The position numbers and the translations under genes were made by a program. Below, piece by piece: positions 36,002 through 46,459 of a stretch of DNA of 63,509 nt (positions are counted from its first letter, which is position 1; each line of letters begins with the position of its first letter). The notes beneath the pieces are model-generated. The model was not told where the DNA came from and ran no database searches. It worked only from the letters and a program-made list of their open reading frames with translations. The stretch is from Candidatus Eiseniibacteriota bacterium (lineage in GTDB: Bacteria; Eisenbacteria; RBG-16-71-46). The stretch lies in NCBI GenBank assembly GCA_963725865.1, contig CAVSAC010000016.1:1-63509 (forward strand). Direction: 5' to 3'.

Positions 36002-38419
36002 ATGTCACGCTCCCGACTGGTCGTGCTCGCGCTGCTGCTGGCTCTCGTTCCCTCCCTGATCGCCCGCGCCACGCGCGCGGACGACGTGGCCCTCGGTTTC
36101 TCCGCCACCAACAATCCGATCGGGTCGTGGAGCTACGGCTACACGCTCGACCGCGGCGGCGCGTTCACGCTGTTCGACACCCACGCGCCCGACGCCGCGG
36201 GACTCGACGTGTGGAAGAAGGCCGGCACCCAGGCCACCGTCTCGCACAACGGCACCGCGACCGGCAAGCTCGCGGGCGGCACGGTGTACACACCGGCGGG
36301 TGGGCTCAACCTGTTCCCGGGTGCCAGCGACGAATGGGCGGTCGTGCGCTGGACGGCGCCGGCGACCGGCTCCTACGCGGTGAACGCGCACTTCGTCCCG
36401 CGCGCGCTCGCGAACGCGGGCGGCGGCGCGGCCGAGGTGGCGCTGCTGCACGGGAGCGCGGTGGTGTTCGACCGCTGGGTGCAGTTCCCGCTCGGGCTCG
36501 CCACCGCCACGGTCACCGCCACGCTCGCGATGAACGCCGGCGAGACCCTCGACCTCACCGTCGGCAATGCCTCCGACGGGAACAACCTCGACGTGATCGG
36601 GCTCGACGCCACCATCGACCGGGTCGCGCCCGATCCCGGTCCCGCGGGTCCGGTGTTCACGCTCGGCGGGCAGCGCTTCGCGGCCTGCCGCTGGAGCTCG
36701 GCGTTCGAGTCGATCGCGTTCGACCCGGTGAACCACCACATCGCCTCGCGCGGCTTCATCCGCGATCGGTGCGGCAATCCGCTCTCGGCCGGTCCCGACG
36801 AGGCGCCCGGGCTGGCATGGGACTCGCGCACCGGGACCTACTGGCAGATCCTCAACGACCGCACGGTGCGGCGCTGGAGCGCGGCGGGCGTGCTGCTCGA
36901 CACGGTGTTCGTGCTGCCGCTCACCTTCGCCGTGCCGGGGAGCGGCCCGGACACGCTGGAGTCGGTGCGCGGCATCGCGACCGACTCCAGCTTCGTGTAC
37001 GTGGTCGACGCCGGCCCGGTCCCGGGCACCCTCCCCTCGTGCGAGTGGTTCAAGTTCACGCGCACCGGCACGCCGGTGAAGTCGTCGAAGAGCACCGACT
37101 TCAACGCCCACCTCGGGCCCGGCCCCGACGCGCTGGTCGACGACATCGCGTACGCGCCGTTCGCCTCGCCGGTGTTGCCGGGACGGCTGATCGTGGCACT
37201 CGAGCACACCGGGCTCCAGGTGATCGACACCAACGGCAATTTCGTCTCGTCGTTCCGCTGGGCCGACCAGGGCTACGCGACCCGCCCGCTCTCGGCGCTC
37301 GCGGGCGTGACGGTGGACCCGACGACCGGGAACGTCTACCTGGCCGACAACGGGACCGCGGCCGTGCTGGTGCTCACGTACCTCGCGCCCCAGGGGGCGA
37401 CGTCGTACGTGATCGGCGGCCAGGACGGCGGCGGCGGCAGCGCCACGCTGACCGCGGTGCTCAAGGCCCCGAACCCCGGCTGCGACCTGCCGCTGTGGTC
37501 GGCCTGGGGCCTGCCGTCCACCTCCGGCGGCAACTTCTTCGGGCTCGCCTACCGCGCCATCGACCACTCCATCTACGTGCTGGACTACAGCGGCACCGGG
37601 GAACTGTGGCGGTTCGACCCGCGTCTCGGCAACGCGATGCGCGTGGGCGCCACCGGCGTCACCAGCTCGTGGTGCCTCGCGTACGACGGCGAGCGCGACG
37701 TGCTCTATGGCGCGGTCGGATTCCCGTCGTCCCGGATCGTCTCCATCGACCCGGCGAGCGGCGCCGCCACCTCGCTGCCCAACCCGACCGGCTACTCGTT
37801 CGGCTCGACCACCGACCTCGCGTGGGACTCCATCGACAAGAAGCTGTACGCGGTCGACGCGTCGGTGGTCCCGCACCACCTGCTGCGCATCGACCGCGAC
37901 ACCGGGATCGGGGTGGTGGCGGGCAACACCTCCGCGCGCAACGGCGGCCTCGAGTTCGACGCCTCGATCGGCAAGCTCATCGCGCACGACGGCACCACCG
38001 GCGCGCTGGTCACGATCGACCCCAGCACCGCGGCGACCGTGCCGTTCGTGACGCTGCCGCGCGACGCGGGATTCGAGGGCCTCGCCGTGGTCCCGGTGCC
38101 GGCGAACTCGTCGCCGCTGGCCGCGCCGGAGCCGGCGGCCGCGACGTTCTCGGGCGTGCGCGCGTTCCCGAATCCCGCCGCGGGCGGCGCCACCATCGCG
38201 TTCGCGCTGCCGGCGGCCGGGAGCGCGACGGTCGCGGTCTACGACGTGGCCGGGCGCCGCGTGCGTGAGCTGCGCCGGCAGTCGTTCGATGCCGGCGTGC
38301 AGCGGCTGGCGTGGGACGGGCGCGATGACGACGGCCGGGCGGTGGGTGACGGCGTGTACTTCGTGAGGGTCGAGTCCGCGGCGCGCACGTCGGTCGCTCG
38401 ACTCACCGTGCTGCATTGA
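36002..38419 (+). CDS. Secreted protein: N-terminal beta-sandwich, beta-propeller repeats, C-terminal FlgD-Ig-like domain
   Basis: Signal peptide; repeats GLAWDS, GIATDS, GVTVDP, GLAYR, LAYDG, DLAWDS, GLEFDA; C-terminus AFPNP...YDVAGRRVREL...WDGRDDDG...GVYFVR. Confidence 0.8.
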   Translation: MSRSRLVVLALLLALVPSLIARATRADDVALGFSATNNPIGSWSYGYTLDRGGAFTLFDTHAPDAAGLDVWKKAGTQATVSHNGTATGKLAGGTVYTPAGGLNLFPGASDEWAVVRWTAPATGSYAVNAHFVPRALANAGGGAAEVALLHGSAVVFDRWVQFPLGLATATVTATLAMNAGETLDLTVGNASDGNNLDVIGLDATIDRVAPDPGPAGPVFTLGGQRFAACRWSSAFESIAFDPVNHHIASRGFIRDRCGNPLSAGPDEAPGLAWDSRTGTYWQILNDRTVRRWSAAGVLLDTVFVLPLTFAVPGSGPDTLESVRGIATDSSFVYVVDAGPVPGTLPSCEWFKFTRTGTPVKSSKSTDFNAHLGPGPDALVDDIAYAPFASPVLPGRLIVALEHTGLQVIDTNGNFVSSFRWADQGYATRPLSALAGVTVDPTTGNVYLADNGTAAVLVLTYLAPQGATSYVIGGQDGGGGSATLTAVLKAPNPGCDLPLWSAWGLPSTSGGNFFGLAYRAIDHSIYVLDYSGTGELWRFDPRLGNAMRVGATGVTSSWCLAYDGERDVLYGAVGFPSSRIVSIDPASGAATSLPNPTGYSFGSTTDLAWDSIDKKLYAVDASVVPHHLLRIDRDTGIGVVAGNTSARNGGLEFDASIGKLIAHDGTTGALVTIDPSTAATVPFVTLPRDAGFEGLAVVPVPANSSPLAAPEPAAATFSGVRAFPNPAAGGATIAFALPAAGSATVAVYDVAGRRVRELRRQSFDAGVQRLAWDGRDDDGRAVGDGVYFVRVESAARTSVARLTVLH

Positions 38420-38569
38420 GGCCGGCGCGACCGCGCCGCGGCCCCGGACGCCGACCGGCGAGGCGCCTGCAGGGCGCCTCGCCGGGTCGGATGCGGATCG
38501 AGGGTCGCGGTGACCGTCGCCCGCGCGGGGCATCCTCGCTGCCCCGCGCGCACCCGTCACCCCGGCAGT

Positions 38570-38605
38570 CCGAAGGCCCGGCGGGTCGAGCCCCCGGGCC
38601 TTCGG
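38570..38605. terminator. Hairpin between convergent genes (one of three in this intergenic region)
   Basis: CCGAAGGCCCGG...CCGGGCCTTCGG; further stems at ~38452-38490 and 38522-38550. Confidence 0.5.
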
Positions 38606-38623
38606 GATGGATCGCGGGCCGCG

Positions 38624-40106
38624 TCAGCTGCCGGCAGCCTCGCCCCGGTCGTGCGCGCCGAGCACGCGGTTGAGCGGCTTGTTCACCAGCACCATCAGCA
38701 CGCCGGTGGCGAGCCCGAGCGCGGTGAGCATGGTGAAGAAGATCTGCTTGCCGGCGACGTGGAGGGGACCGATCTGCATCTGGTTGGCGTTCCACTTCTC
38801 CCAGAACGTGCCGAGGTAGCCGGACAGGTAGTTGCCGAAGAAGCTCGAGAGGAACCAGACCCCCATCATCATCGAGACCATGCGCGCCGGGCGCCACCTT
38901 GGTGACGAGCGAGAGGCCGATCGGCGAGAGGTAGAGCTCGCCGATGGTGAGGACGAAGGTCGTGCCGGCCAGCCACATGCACGCTGCGCCGCGTCTCCGG
39001 GGTCATGCCCTGCGGCGGCGACGATCATGACGATGTAGGAGAGCCCGAGCAGGAAGCAGCCGATCGCCATCTTGGTGCACGCTGTCGGGCTCCTTGCCCG
39101 TCTTCGCCTGCCGCGCCCAGAACATGTTCAGGAGCGGCGCGAAGGCGAAGATCATGATCGGGTTGAACGACTGGAACCAGGTCGACGGCATCGTCGAAGC
39201 CGAAGAAGTTCCAGTTCGTGTTCTGGTCGGCCCAGAGCTGCATGGTGTTCCCCTGCTGCTCGTAGCACGCCCCAGAAGACGATGTTGAGGGCGCAGAGGA
39301 CGAGGAGCGCGCCGATGCGGCGTCCACTCGTCCTTCGCGTGATGCGGCTGCTTCTGCCGCGGCTTGACCGCGCGCCGTGGTCTCGCGCCTGCGTGCATCC
39401 GATTGAGGTCGCGCGGCCGAGGTAGCTTGCTGACCCCAGCAGGTAGAGTGCCGAGGCAGGCCGAGACCATGCCCACGCCGGCGGCGCCGAAGCCGTAGTG
39501 CCAGCCGACCGTCTGGCCGAGGGTCCCGCAGACCAGCGGCGAGAGGAACGCGCCGAGGTTGATCCCCATGTAGAAGATGGTGAAGGCGCCGTCGCGGCGC
39601 GGATCGCCCTCGCGGGTAGAGGCTGCCGACCTGGGTCGAGATGTTCGGCTTGAAGGCGCCGTTGCCGACGATGAGGAACATGAGGGCCGACGAAGAAGAG
39701 ACGCTCGATGGCCATGAGGAAGTGGCCGATCGCCATGAGGATCGCCGCCGAGGATGACCGTCTGCGCGCTGGCCCAGCACCCTGTCCGCGAGCATCCCGC
39801 CGAAGAACGGCGTCAGGTAGACGAAGGCGGTGTAGAGCCCGTAGATCTGCGAGGACAGCGGCTGGATGGCCAGCGGCCCGAAGATCGACTCGAGCGCGCG
39901 CTTGACCGCGTGAACCCGAGGACCCGCTGCCCGACGTCCGGCTCGAGGAAGAGGTGGTTCACCATGTAGAGCACGAGGAGCGAGCGCATCCCGTAGTAGG
40001 AGAAGCGCTCCCACATCTCGGTGAAGAAGAGGACGAAGAGCCCGACGGGGTGCCCGAGGAAGGTGCGCTCGTCCTTCGGGCCGGTGACGGTGGCGGTGGC
40101 GCTCAC
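38624..40106 (-). CDS. Second POT/PTR peptide MFS transporter; frameshifted
   Basis: [71 protein letters not shown]. Confidence 0.88.
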
Positions 40107-40437
40107 GTTGGGTTCCTCGAGAGGCGGATCGGTGCCGGGGCACCGGGAGCGAGGCGCCCCGAGCTGCAGGGCGCGAGTGGCCGGCAGGATACGCATTCCG
40201 CGCGCGCGGGTGAAGGGGCGATCTCGACGCGGGCGATCCGCGCGGTGGTCAGGGCGACCGGCGCGGGATCAGGCCTGGGCGGGATGCGGGCGCGAAGCGA
40301 GCGAGGCTGGCGCTGGACGTGTCACCGGCCGCCTCGCCCGCACGGTCCGCGCGCGTCGACGCGGGCGCGCGAGCCGCGGGGCGCGGGGCGCGACTCGATC
40401 GCGCCCCGACGGGGCTGGCGCGGTCCCGGGTCCACGC

Positions 40438-41160
40438 TCAGGCGTGGGCCGCGCTCGCCTGCACCCGCAAGCGCTCGAACTTCTCCAGCGCCGCCGCCGC
40501 GATCAGGCTCACCGCGGCATCCACCGAGATGCTGAGGTGGTTGATGATCAGGTCGTAGCCGAGCGGATCGTCGATGTCGCGCCCATAGACTTTGCGCATG
40601 AATTCCGCGCGCTCGCGATCCGCGGTGTCCACCAGGTGCTCGGCCTGGCGCCGCCCCAGGCCCTCGCGCTCGACGATGCTGCGCACTCGCACCTCGCGCG
40701 GGGCGACCACGCGCAGGTGGAAGCCACCCGAGTGCCCGATGATGAAGTTGGCGCCGCGGCCTACCACCACCACGCCGCCGAGCTTGGCCATCGCCACCAC
40801 GGTCTCGAACAGCGCCCGCACGTAGTCGGTCGCGTTGACGTAGCGACCCGCGAGCATGGACTCGAGCCACACCGAGAGCTCGGAGCGCGAGTGCTCGTCG
40901 AGCGATTCGAGGATGCGGTGCTGGTAGCCGGTGGTGGCGCACACGCGATCGATCAGATCGCGGTCGAGCAGGGTGTAATCGAAGCGCTCGGCCAGCTTCG
41001 CCGCCAGCAGCGTGCCGCCGCTGCCGCGCTGGCGCGAGACGGTGATGACCGGCTGGTGGTTGGGGCGGGACACGGCGGGGCTGGGCTCGCCGCCGGCGAG
41101 ACGACGCTCCATCTCCCAGCGTCGCAGCTGCCGATCGAGGAGGGCATCGGTGGACGGCAT
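40438..41160 (-). CDS. Cytidylate kinase-like family protein
   Basis: VITVSRQRGSGG, VVVGRGANFI, DTADRERAEF..., YDLIIN; AAGGAGG RBS. Confidence 0.85.
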   Translation of the reverse strand: MPSTDALLDRQLRRWEMERRLAGGEPSPAVSRPNHQPVITVSRQRGSGGTLLAAKLAERFDYTLLDRDLIDRVCATTGYQHRILESLDEHSRSELSVWLESMLAGRYVNATDYVRALFETVVAMAKLGGVVVVGRGANFIIGHSGGFHLRVVAPREVRVRSIVEREGLGRRQAEHLVDTADRERAEFMRKVYGRDIDDPLGYDLIINHLSISVDAAVSLIAAAALEKFERLRVQASAAHA

Positions 41161-41384
41161 GGCCGCCTCCTTCGCCTCCGGGGTGCCGCGGGCCCATCGC
41201 CGCGCACGGGCGCCACCGGGTGTCCGCCGCATGCCTGCGGCCCGCCGGGGCTTCGCTGAGAACCAGACTAGCACGCCGCGGCCCGGGTGGCGACAAGCCG
41301 GGCGAAGCCGCCTATGATGCCCGCCGGGACGGCGGGGCCTGCCCCCGGCGCCGTCCTCCCGGGCCCCTTCGGAGGAGTCATCCC

Positions 41385-42167
41385 ATGCGCCGCCTGCTGA
41401 TCGCGCTGTCCGCGCTCGCGCTCGTCTCGATCGCCACCTCGGCCGCGCGCTGCGGCCCGTACTACGTGCGCGGCGACTTCTACTGCGCCGACTCCACCAA
41501 CGATCCGGCCGCCGGCTCGTGCTGGGGCTGGGACGGTGCCAACGAGATGTTCGACGACGGCCTTCACGATGACGGCCTGGCGGGCGATGGGGTGTATGGC
41601 GCCAGCGTGCCGGTCACCGCGGCCGCGGGGCGTCACGAGTTCAAGATCGCGCTTTACGACTGGAGCGAGGCCTATCCCACCGTGCCGAGCGACGCGCTCG
41701 CGAACGCCGTGGTGTACGTGACCGGGCCGGGCGAGCTCGTCCACTTCCGGCTGCACCTGTACTCCGAGCCCGGGGGCTGGGAGCCCTACGGTCCCGCGGT
41801 CGCCACCGACTCCCCGATGCCCGAGGGCACCGCGCTCGAGGTGATCGGCAGCGCGCCCGAGACCGGGTCGTGGAACAGCGGCGTGCCGCTGCTGCACGTG
41901 GGCCGGCGCTGGCAGCAGGTCATCACCCTCCACACCCCCGGCAGCTACGAGTTCAAGATCCGCGCGCTCGGCACCTGGTCGGTGGTGGCGTTCGGCTATG
42001 ACTACGACAACACCCAGGGCCGGAACGCGTTCTACTCCACCTCGCTGCCCGACGCCGACGTGCTGTTCCAGCTCGACGAGGACACCGGCCGCGTGCGCGC
42101 CATCGAGCTGGGGCAGGTGCCCGCCCGGCCCGGCACGTGGGGCGAGCTCAAGGTGCGCTACCGCTAG
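41385..42167 (+). CDS. Secreted protein with two carbohydrate-binding-like beta modules and a C-terminal WGxLKxxYR motif
   Basis: Signal peptide; YYVRGDF...W, MFDDGLHDDGLAGDGVY, HEFKI and YEFKI repeats; ends RPGTWGELKVRYR*. Confidence 0.7.
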   Translation: MRRLLIALSALALVSIATSAARCGPYYVRGDFYCADSTNDPAAGSCWGWDGANEMFDDGLHDDGLAGDGVYGASVPVTAAAGRHEFKIALYDWSEAYPTVPSDALANAVVYVTGPGELVHFRLHLYSEPGGWEPYGPAVATDSPMPEGTALEVIGSAPETGSWNSGVPLLHVGRRWQQVITLHTPGSYEFKIRALGTWSVVAFGYDYDNTQGRNAFYSTSLPDADVLFQLDEDTGRVRAIELGQVPARPGTWGELKVRYR

Positions 42168-42186
42168 TCACTCGGATACCCGCGAC

Positions 42187-42216
42187 CGAGGCCCCGGTCA
42201 CTCGACCGGGGCCTCG
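42187..42216. terminator. Hairpin between convergent genes
   Basis: CGAGGCCCCGGTC-actc-GACCGGGGCCTCG, 13-bp stem. Confidence 0.6.
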
Positions 42217-42248
42217 TGCGTCACGGGCCGATCGCGCGCCCCGCGGCG

Positions 42249-45200
42249 CTACTCCTTCCGCCAGTCCGGCACCCGGCCCGGCGTCCACGGCGCGCCCGCC
42301 TGCTCGGCGTCGCGCTCGAGGTCGCGCAGGTCACTCTCGAGCAGCTGCTTGGCCTGGGGCAGGAAGGCCTCGAACGCCGTCGCGGCGACGTCGTATTCGT
42401 GGCGCAGCGTGTTGGTGGGGTCGCCGGTGTTGTACCAGTGGCCGGTCACCACGCGCTGCACGCGATCGGTGATCGACGGCGGCGTCGGCTCGTTGCGCGA
42501 CGCCTTGAACGCGTCGCCGTCGAGCTGCACCTGCAGGTCCTTGAGGCGGCCCTCGATCGCGCGGGTGCGCGCGGCGAGCGCGGCGGTCTCCGGGCCGGGC
42601 GTGTCGTCGAGCGCCTTCTTGAGGTGGTTGAGCCTCACCTGGCCCTCCTCGAGCGCGTGCGAGGTGCCGAGCGCCGCGCGCTGCAGCCGCGCGGTCTTGC
42701 GCTCGAACGCCAGCAGCGCGCCGCGGTCCTGCGGCGGCAGGGTCAGCGGCCCGAGCGTCGACACGGTGAAGCTCTGGGGCGCGGCGACGGTCGCGAGCTT
42801 GCCGTCCACCCGGGTGGCGAGCGAGACGCGGTAGGTGCCGGGGGCGGCGAGCGGACCGGCGGGGATCTGGTCCCACGGCGCGATGTCGGCGGCGGCCAGG
42901 CTGACGGGCTCGCTCGGCGGATAGCGCAGGTCCCAGGTGACGCGGTGGAAGCCCGACGTCACCGGCCCGGTGACGCGGCGCACCACGTTGCCGTCCTCGT
43001 CCACCACGGTGAGGATCGCGGTCGGGTCCTCCTCGCGGCTCTCGGCGCGCAGGCTGTCCCACGCCGGGTAGAAGTTGTCCCCGCCGGCCTTGGCGACATC
43101 CTTCTCCCGGTCCTGGCGCTGCTTCAGGCGCGACTTGAGCTCCTGAGCCAGGTAGTAGGTGAAGGTCGCGCCCAGCGGCGGGTTCGGCGCGGTGTAGAAG
43201 GCGTCGCCCTGCGAGGCCTTGTCGCGGCCGCCGAGCGGCGAGCGCGGCACGAACGCCAGCGCCGGCTTCACCGGCATCAGCACCGCCGCGCTGTCGAGCA
43301 TGGCGGTGCCCACGCGGCGCAGCGGGGACAGGTCGTCGAGCACGTAGTAGCCGCGCCCGAACGTCGCCACCACCAGGTCGTTCTCGCGCCGCTGGATGGC
43401 GAGGTCCTTGACGCAGATGATCGGCATGCCACCCTTGAGCTGCGTCCACTTCCTGCCGCCGTCGTGGGTGAAGAACACCCCGAAGTCGGTGCCCACGAAC
43501 AGCAGCTGGGGATCGACGGTGTCCTCGAGGATCACGTACACCGAGCCGCGCGCGGGCAGGTCGCCGCTGATGTCGGTCCAGCTGCGGCCGAGGTCGGTGC
43601 TCCGGAGCACGTAGGGCTTGAAGTCGCCCATCTTGTGGTTGTTGAACGTGGCGTAGAGCAGGTGGTCGGTGTGCTGCGAGAGCGCCACGCGCGACACGTA
43701 GGTGAGCTCGGGCACGCCCGCGAAGCGCTCGATGCGGCGCCAGCTCTTGCCGCCGTCCTCGGTGATCTGGATCAGGCCGTCGTCGGTGCCGACCGCGATC
43801 AGCCCCTCCTTCCGCCGCGACTCGTCGAGCGCGACGATGTTGCCGTAGAACGAGGTCGAGGCGTTGTGCGCCACCGCGTCCACGCTCCAGGCGCGGTCCA
43901 TCACCTTCATGCGGTTGCGGTCGAGCTGGCGCGACAGGTCGCCGCTCACCGGCATCCAGGTGTCGCCGCGGTCGTCGCTCCTGAACAGCCGGTTGGCGGC
44001 GAAGTACAGGCGCGTGTGCGAGTGCGGGCTGATGATGAACGGCGAGTCCCAGTTCCAGCGCAGCGGCGGCTCGCCCGCGTCGGGCTGCGGCTGCAGGTCG
44101 ATGATCTCGCCGGTCTTCCGATCGTGGCGCACCAGACCACCGTACTGGGACATCGAGTACACCAGGTCCGGGTCGGTGGGATCGACGCGGGTCTGGTAGC
44201 CGTCGCCCCCGGTGGTGATGAAGCAGTCCTGGTTGGTGATGCCGTGCTCGGTACGGGTGCGCGACGGCATGCCGATGGAGTTGTTGTCCTGGGTGCCGCC
44301 GTAGATGTTGTAGAACGGCTCGGCGTTGTCGACCTCGACCTTGTAGAACTGGGTCACCGGCAGGTTGGCGAAGAACTTCCACGTCGCGGCGCGGTCGTAG
44401 GACTCGTAGAGGCCACCGTCGCAGCCGGCGATGAGGTGCTGGTTGTCGCCGGGCTCGATCCACAGCGCGTGGTTGTCGACGTGCTTGAAGGTCTCACCGA
44501 CCTTCTTGAAGGTCTTGCCCGCGTCCTCGGTCACCATCATCCAGGTGTCCATCAGGTAGACGCGCCCCTCGACCTTGGGGTCGGGGAAGATCTCCTGGTA
44601 GTACTGGGCGCTGCCGCTGACGAAGGGGCCGCGCTTCTCCCAGTGGCTGCCCGCATCGGTGGAGCGGAAGAAGCCGCCGTTGCCGCGCGTGGCCTCGACC
44701 GTGGCGTAGAGGGTGTTCGGATCCTGGGGCGAGAGGCAGATGCCGATGCGGCCGATGTCGCCCTCGGGCAGGCCCGCGGTGAGCCGGGTCCAGGTCTTGC
44801 CGCCGTCGGTGCTCTTGTGGATGCCCGAGCCCGGTCCGCCGTCGACCATGGTCCACACCCGGCGCCCGCGCTGGTACGACACGGCGTAGAGGACCCGCGA
44901 GTCGCGCGGGTCCAGCTCCACCTCGCTCACGCCGGTCCAGCCGTCGATGTCGAGCACGCGCGCCCAGGTGGCGCCGCCGTCCTCGGTCTTGTACAGGCCC
45001 CGGTCGCCGCCCGAGGCCCACAGCGGGCCCTGGCAGGCGACGTAGACCACCGCGCTGTTGGTCGGATCGACCACGATCCTGCCGACGTGCTCGCTGTGCT
45101 CGAGGCCCATCTTCTTCCACGAGCGGCCGCCGTCGAGCGACTTGTACACACCGTCGCCGTAGCCGACCGAGCGCTGGCTGTTGTTCTCGCCGGTGCCCAC

Positions 45201-45569
45201 CCAGACCGTGAGCGGGTCCCTGGGGTCCACGGTCACGCAGCCGATCGAGTACGAGCCCTGGTCGTCGAAGATCGGGCTGAACGTGGTGCCGGCGTTGGTG
45301 GTCTTCCACACCCCGCCGCACGCCACCGCCACGTACCAGGTGTTGAGGTCGGACGGGTGGATGGCCAGGTCGATGATCCGGCCCGAGGTGAGCGCCGGCC
45401 CGATGCCGCGCAGCGTCAGTCCGTTGAACGTGGCGCTGGTGAGCTTGCCCTCGCTCGGCTTGGCGGGGGACTTGGAGGCGGGCTTCACGCTCTTCGCGGG
45501 AGCGGCGGCGAGCAGCGCCGGCGCGGCGACGAGGAGCGCGAGACAGACGGCGACGAACGTTCGGCGCAT
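42249..45569 (-). CDS. Secreted VPS10/sortilin-like BNR (Asp-box) repeat protein (glycosyl hydrolase-like)
   Basis: LRGIGPALTSGRI, many S/TxDGGxTW Asp-boxes, HVDNHALWI, GGTQDN, GGDGY, RWNWDSP, ATFGRG. Confidence 0.88.
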   Translation of the reverse strand: MRRTFVAVCLALLVAAPALLAAAPAKSVKPASKSPAKPSEGKLTSATFNGLTLRGIGPALTSGRIIDLAIHPSDLNTWYVAVACGGVWKTTNAGTTFSPIFDDQGSYSIGCVTVDPRDPLTVWVGTGENNSQRSVGYGDGVYKSLDGGRSWKKMGLEHSEHVGRIVVDPTNSAVVYVACQGPLWASGGDRGLYKTEDGGATWARVLDIDGWTGVSEVELDPRDSRVLYAVSYQRGRRVWTMVDGGPGSGIHKSTDGGKTWTRLTAGLPEGDIGRIGICLSPQDPNTLYATVEATRGNGGFFRSTDAGSHWEKRGPFVSGSAQYYQEIFPDPKVEGRVYLMDTWMMVTEDAGKTFKKVGETFKHVDNHALWIEPGDNQHLIAGCDGGLYESYDRAATWKFFANLPVTQFYKVEVDNAEPFYNIYGGTQDNNSIGMPSRTRTEHGITNQDCFITTGGDGYQTRVDPTDPDLVYSMSQYGGLVRHDRKTGEIIDLQPQPDAGEPPLRWNWDSPFIISPHSHTRLYFAANRLFRSDDRGDTWMPVSGDLSRQLDRNRMKVMDRAWSVDAVAHNASTSFYGNIVALDESRRKEGLIAVGTDDGLIQITEDGGKSWRRIERFAGVPELTYVSRVALSQHTDHLLYATFNNHKMGDFKPYVLRSTDLGRSWTDISGDLPARGSVYVILEDTVDPQLLFVGTDFGVFFTHDGGRKWTQLKGGMPIICVKDLAIQRRENDLVVATFGRGYYVLDDLSPLRRVGTAMLDSAAVLMPVKPALAFVPRSPLGGRDKASQGDAFYTAPNPPLGATFTYYLAQELKSRLKQRQDREKDVAKAGGDNFYPAWDSLRAESREEDPTAILTVVDEDGNVVRRVTGPVTSGFHRVTWDLRYPPSEPVSLAAADIAPWDQIPAGPLAAPGTYRVSLATRVDGKLATVAAPQSFTVSTLGPLTLPPQDRGALLAFERKTARLQRAALGTSHALEEGQVRLNHLKKALDDTPGPETAALAARTRAIEGRLKDLQVQLDGDAFKASRNEPTPPSITDRVQRVVTGHWYNTGDPTNTLRHEYDVAATAFEAFLPQAKQLLESDLRDLERDAEQAGAPWTPGRVPDWRKE

Positions 45570-45804
45570 CGGCGGATCCCTCGCGTGCAGGTAGCGGGTG
45601 CCGGCACGCGCTGCTCGCGCCGGCACGGATGGAGACGGAGCGCGCCGACTCTAGCCCCTCGTGCGCCCCGGCGCGAGCGGTCCGCCCGACGAGCGCGGCA
45701 GAGCGCCGGGACGAGCGCGGAGCACGAGGTCGGCCGCGCTCGTCGGCCCAGTCGTGAACGACACGACAAACCTGCGCGCGCTGGTCGGGATGGCCTTGTG
45801 CCGG

Positions 45805-45831
45805 TGCAACCACGGCGTTCTCATGGACGTC
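45805..45831 (+). promoter_or_regulatory. Candidate canonical ECF promoter
   Basis: TGCAACC-N16-CGTC (AAC at -35, CGT at -10), upstream of the small gene at 45893. Confidence 0.4.
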
Positions 45832-45892
45832 GAAGCAGGTGACGGATGCGGTCGCAGCCGCGCTCGATCTCGACCCCGGATCGGAGGACACG

Positions 45893-46270
45893 ATGTTCGC
45901 TCGCCTGAGGATGGCCCTGCTGGGCGCCGCGCTGATGCTGGCGGTGGTCGCGCTCGAGGGTGCCGCGCTGAGCACGGTGACGCCGGTGGCGCAGATGCTG
46001 GGCGACCCGGCCGAGCGGGTGACGCTGGCGCGCGCCGGCGTGGTGACCGCGCGGGTGCTGGGCCGGGGCGCGCTGTCGCTGGCCGAACGGCTGGTCGCGC
46101 CCGCGGTCTCCGAGGCGCTCCACGGCGCCACGCGGCTCGCGGCGGCCTCCGAGCGCATGTTCCGCGTCGGTGCGGCCGCGAGCCGGCCGTGCCCGCGGCT
46201 GCGGGTGATCGAGTGCCGCAGCGTGTCGGCCCCGGACGTGCCCCGGGCGGTGACGCTGCCCACGCTCTGA
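45893..46270 (+). CDS. Hypothetical membrane-anchored or exported protein
   Basis: GGAGGA RBS then ATG; hydrophobic N-terminus; no family recognised. Confidence 0.5.
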   Translation: MFARLRMALLGAALMLAVVALEGAALSTVTPVAQMLGDPAERVTLARAGVVTARVLGRGALSLAERLVAPAVSEALHGATRLAAASERMFRVGAAASRPCPRLRVIECRSVSAPDVPRAVTLPTL

Positions 46271-46459
46271 ACGATGTGCCGCGCTCCGCGCGATGAGCGT
46301 GGATGCGCGCCCGCGCGGCGGCCGACCGGGACCGCCGCGCGCCCCTGATCGCGCGCCCCGCACCCCGCGGGGCGCGCTTCTGATAGCATGCACCTCCGTA
46401 CGCGCGCCCGCCGCACGCCGCGCCAACGTGGCCGCGCATCCTTCGCATGGAGGCTCCTC

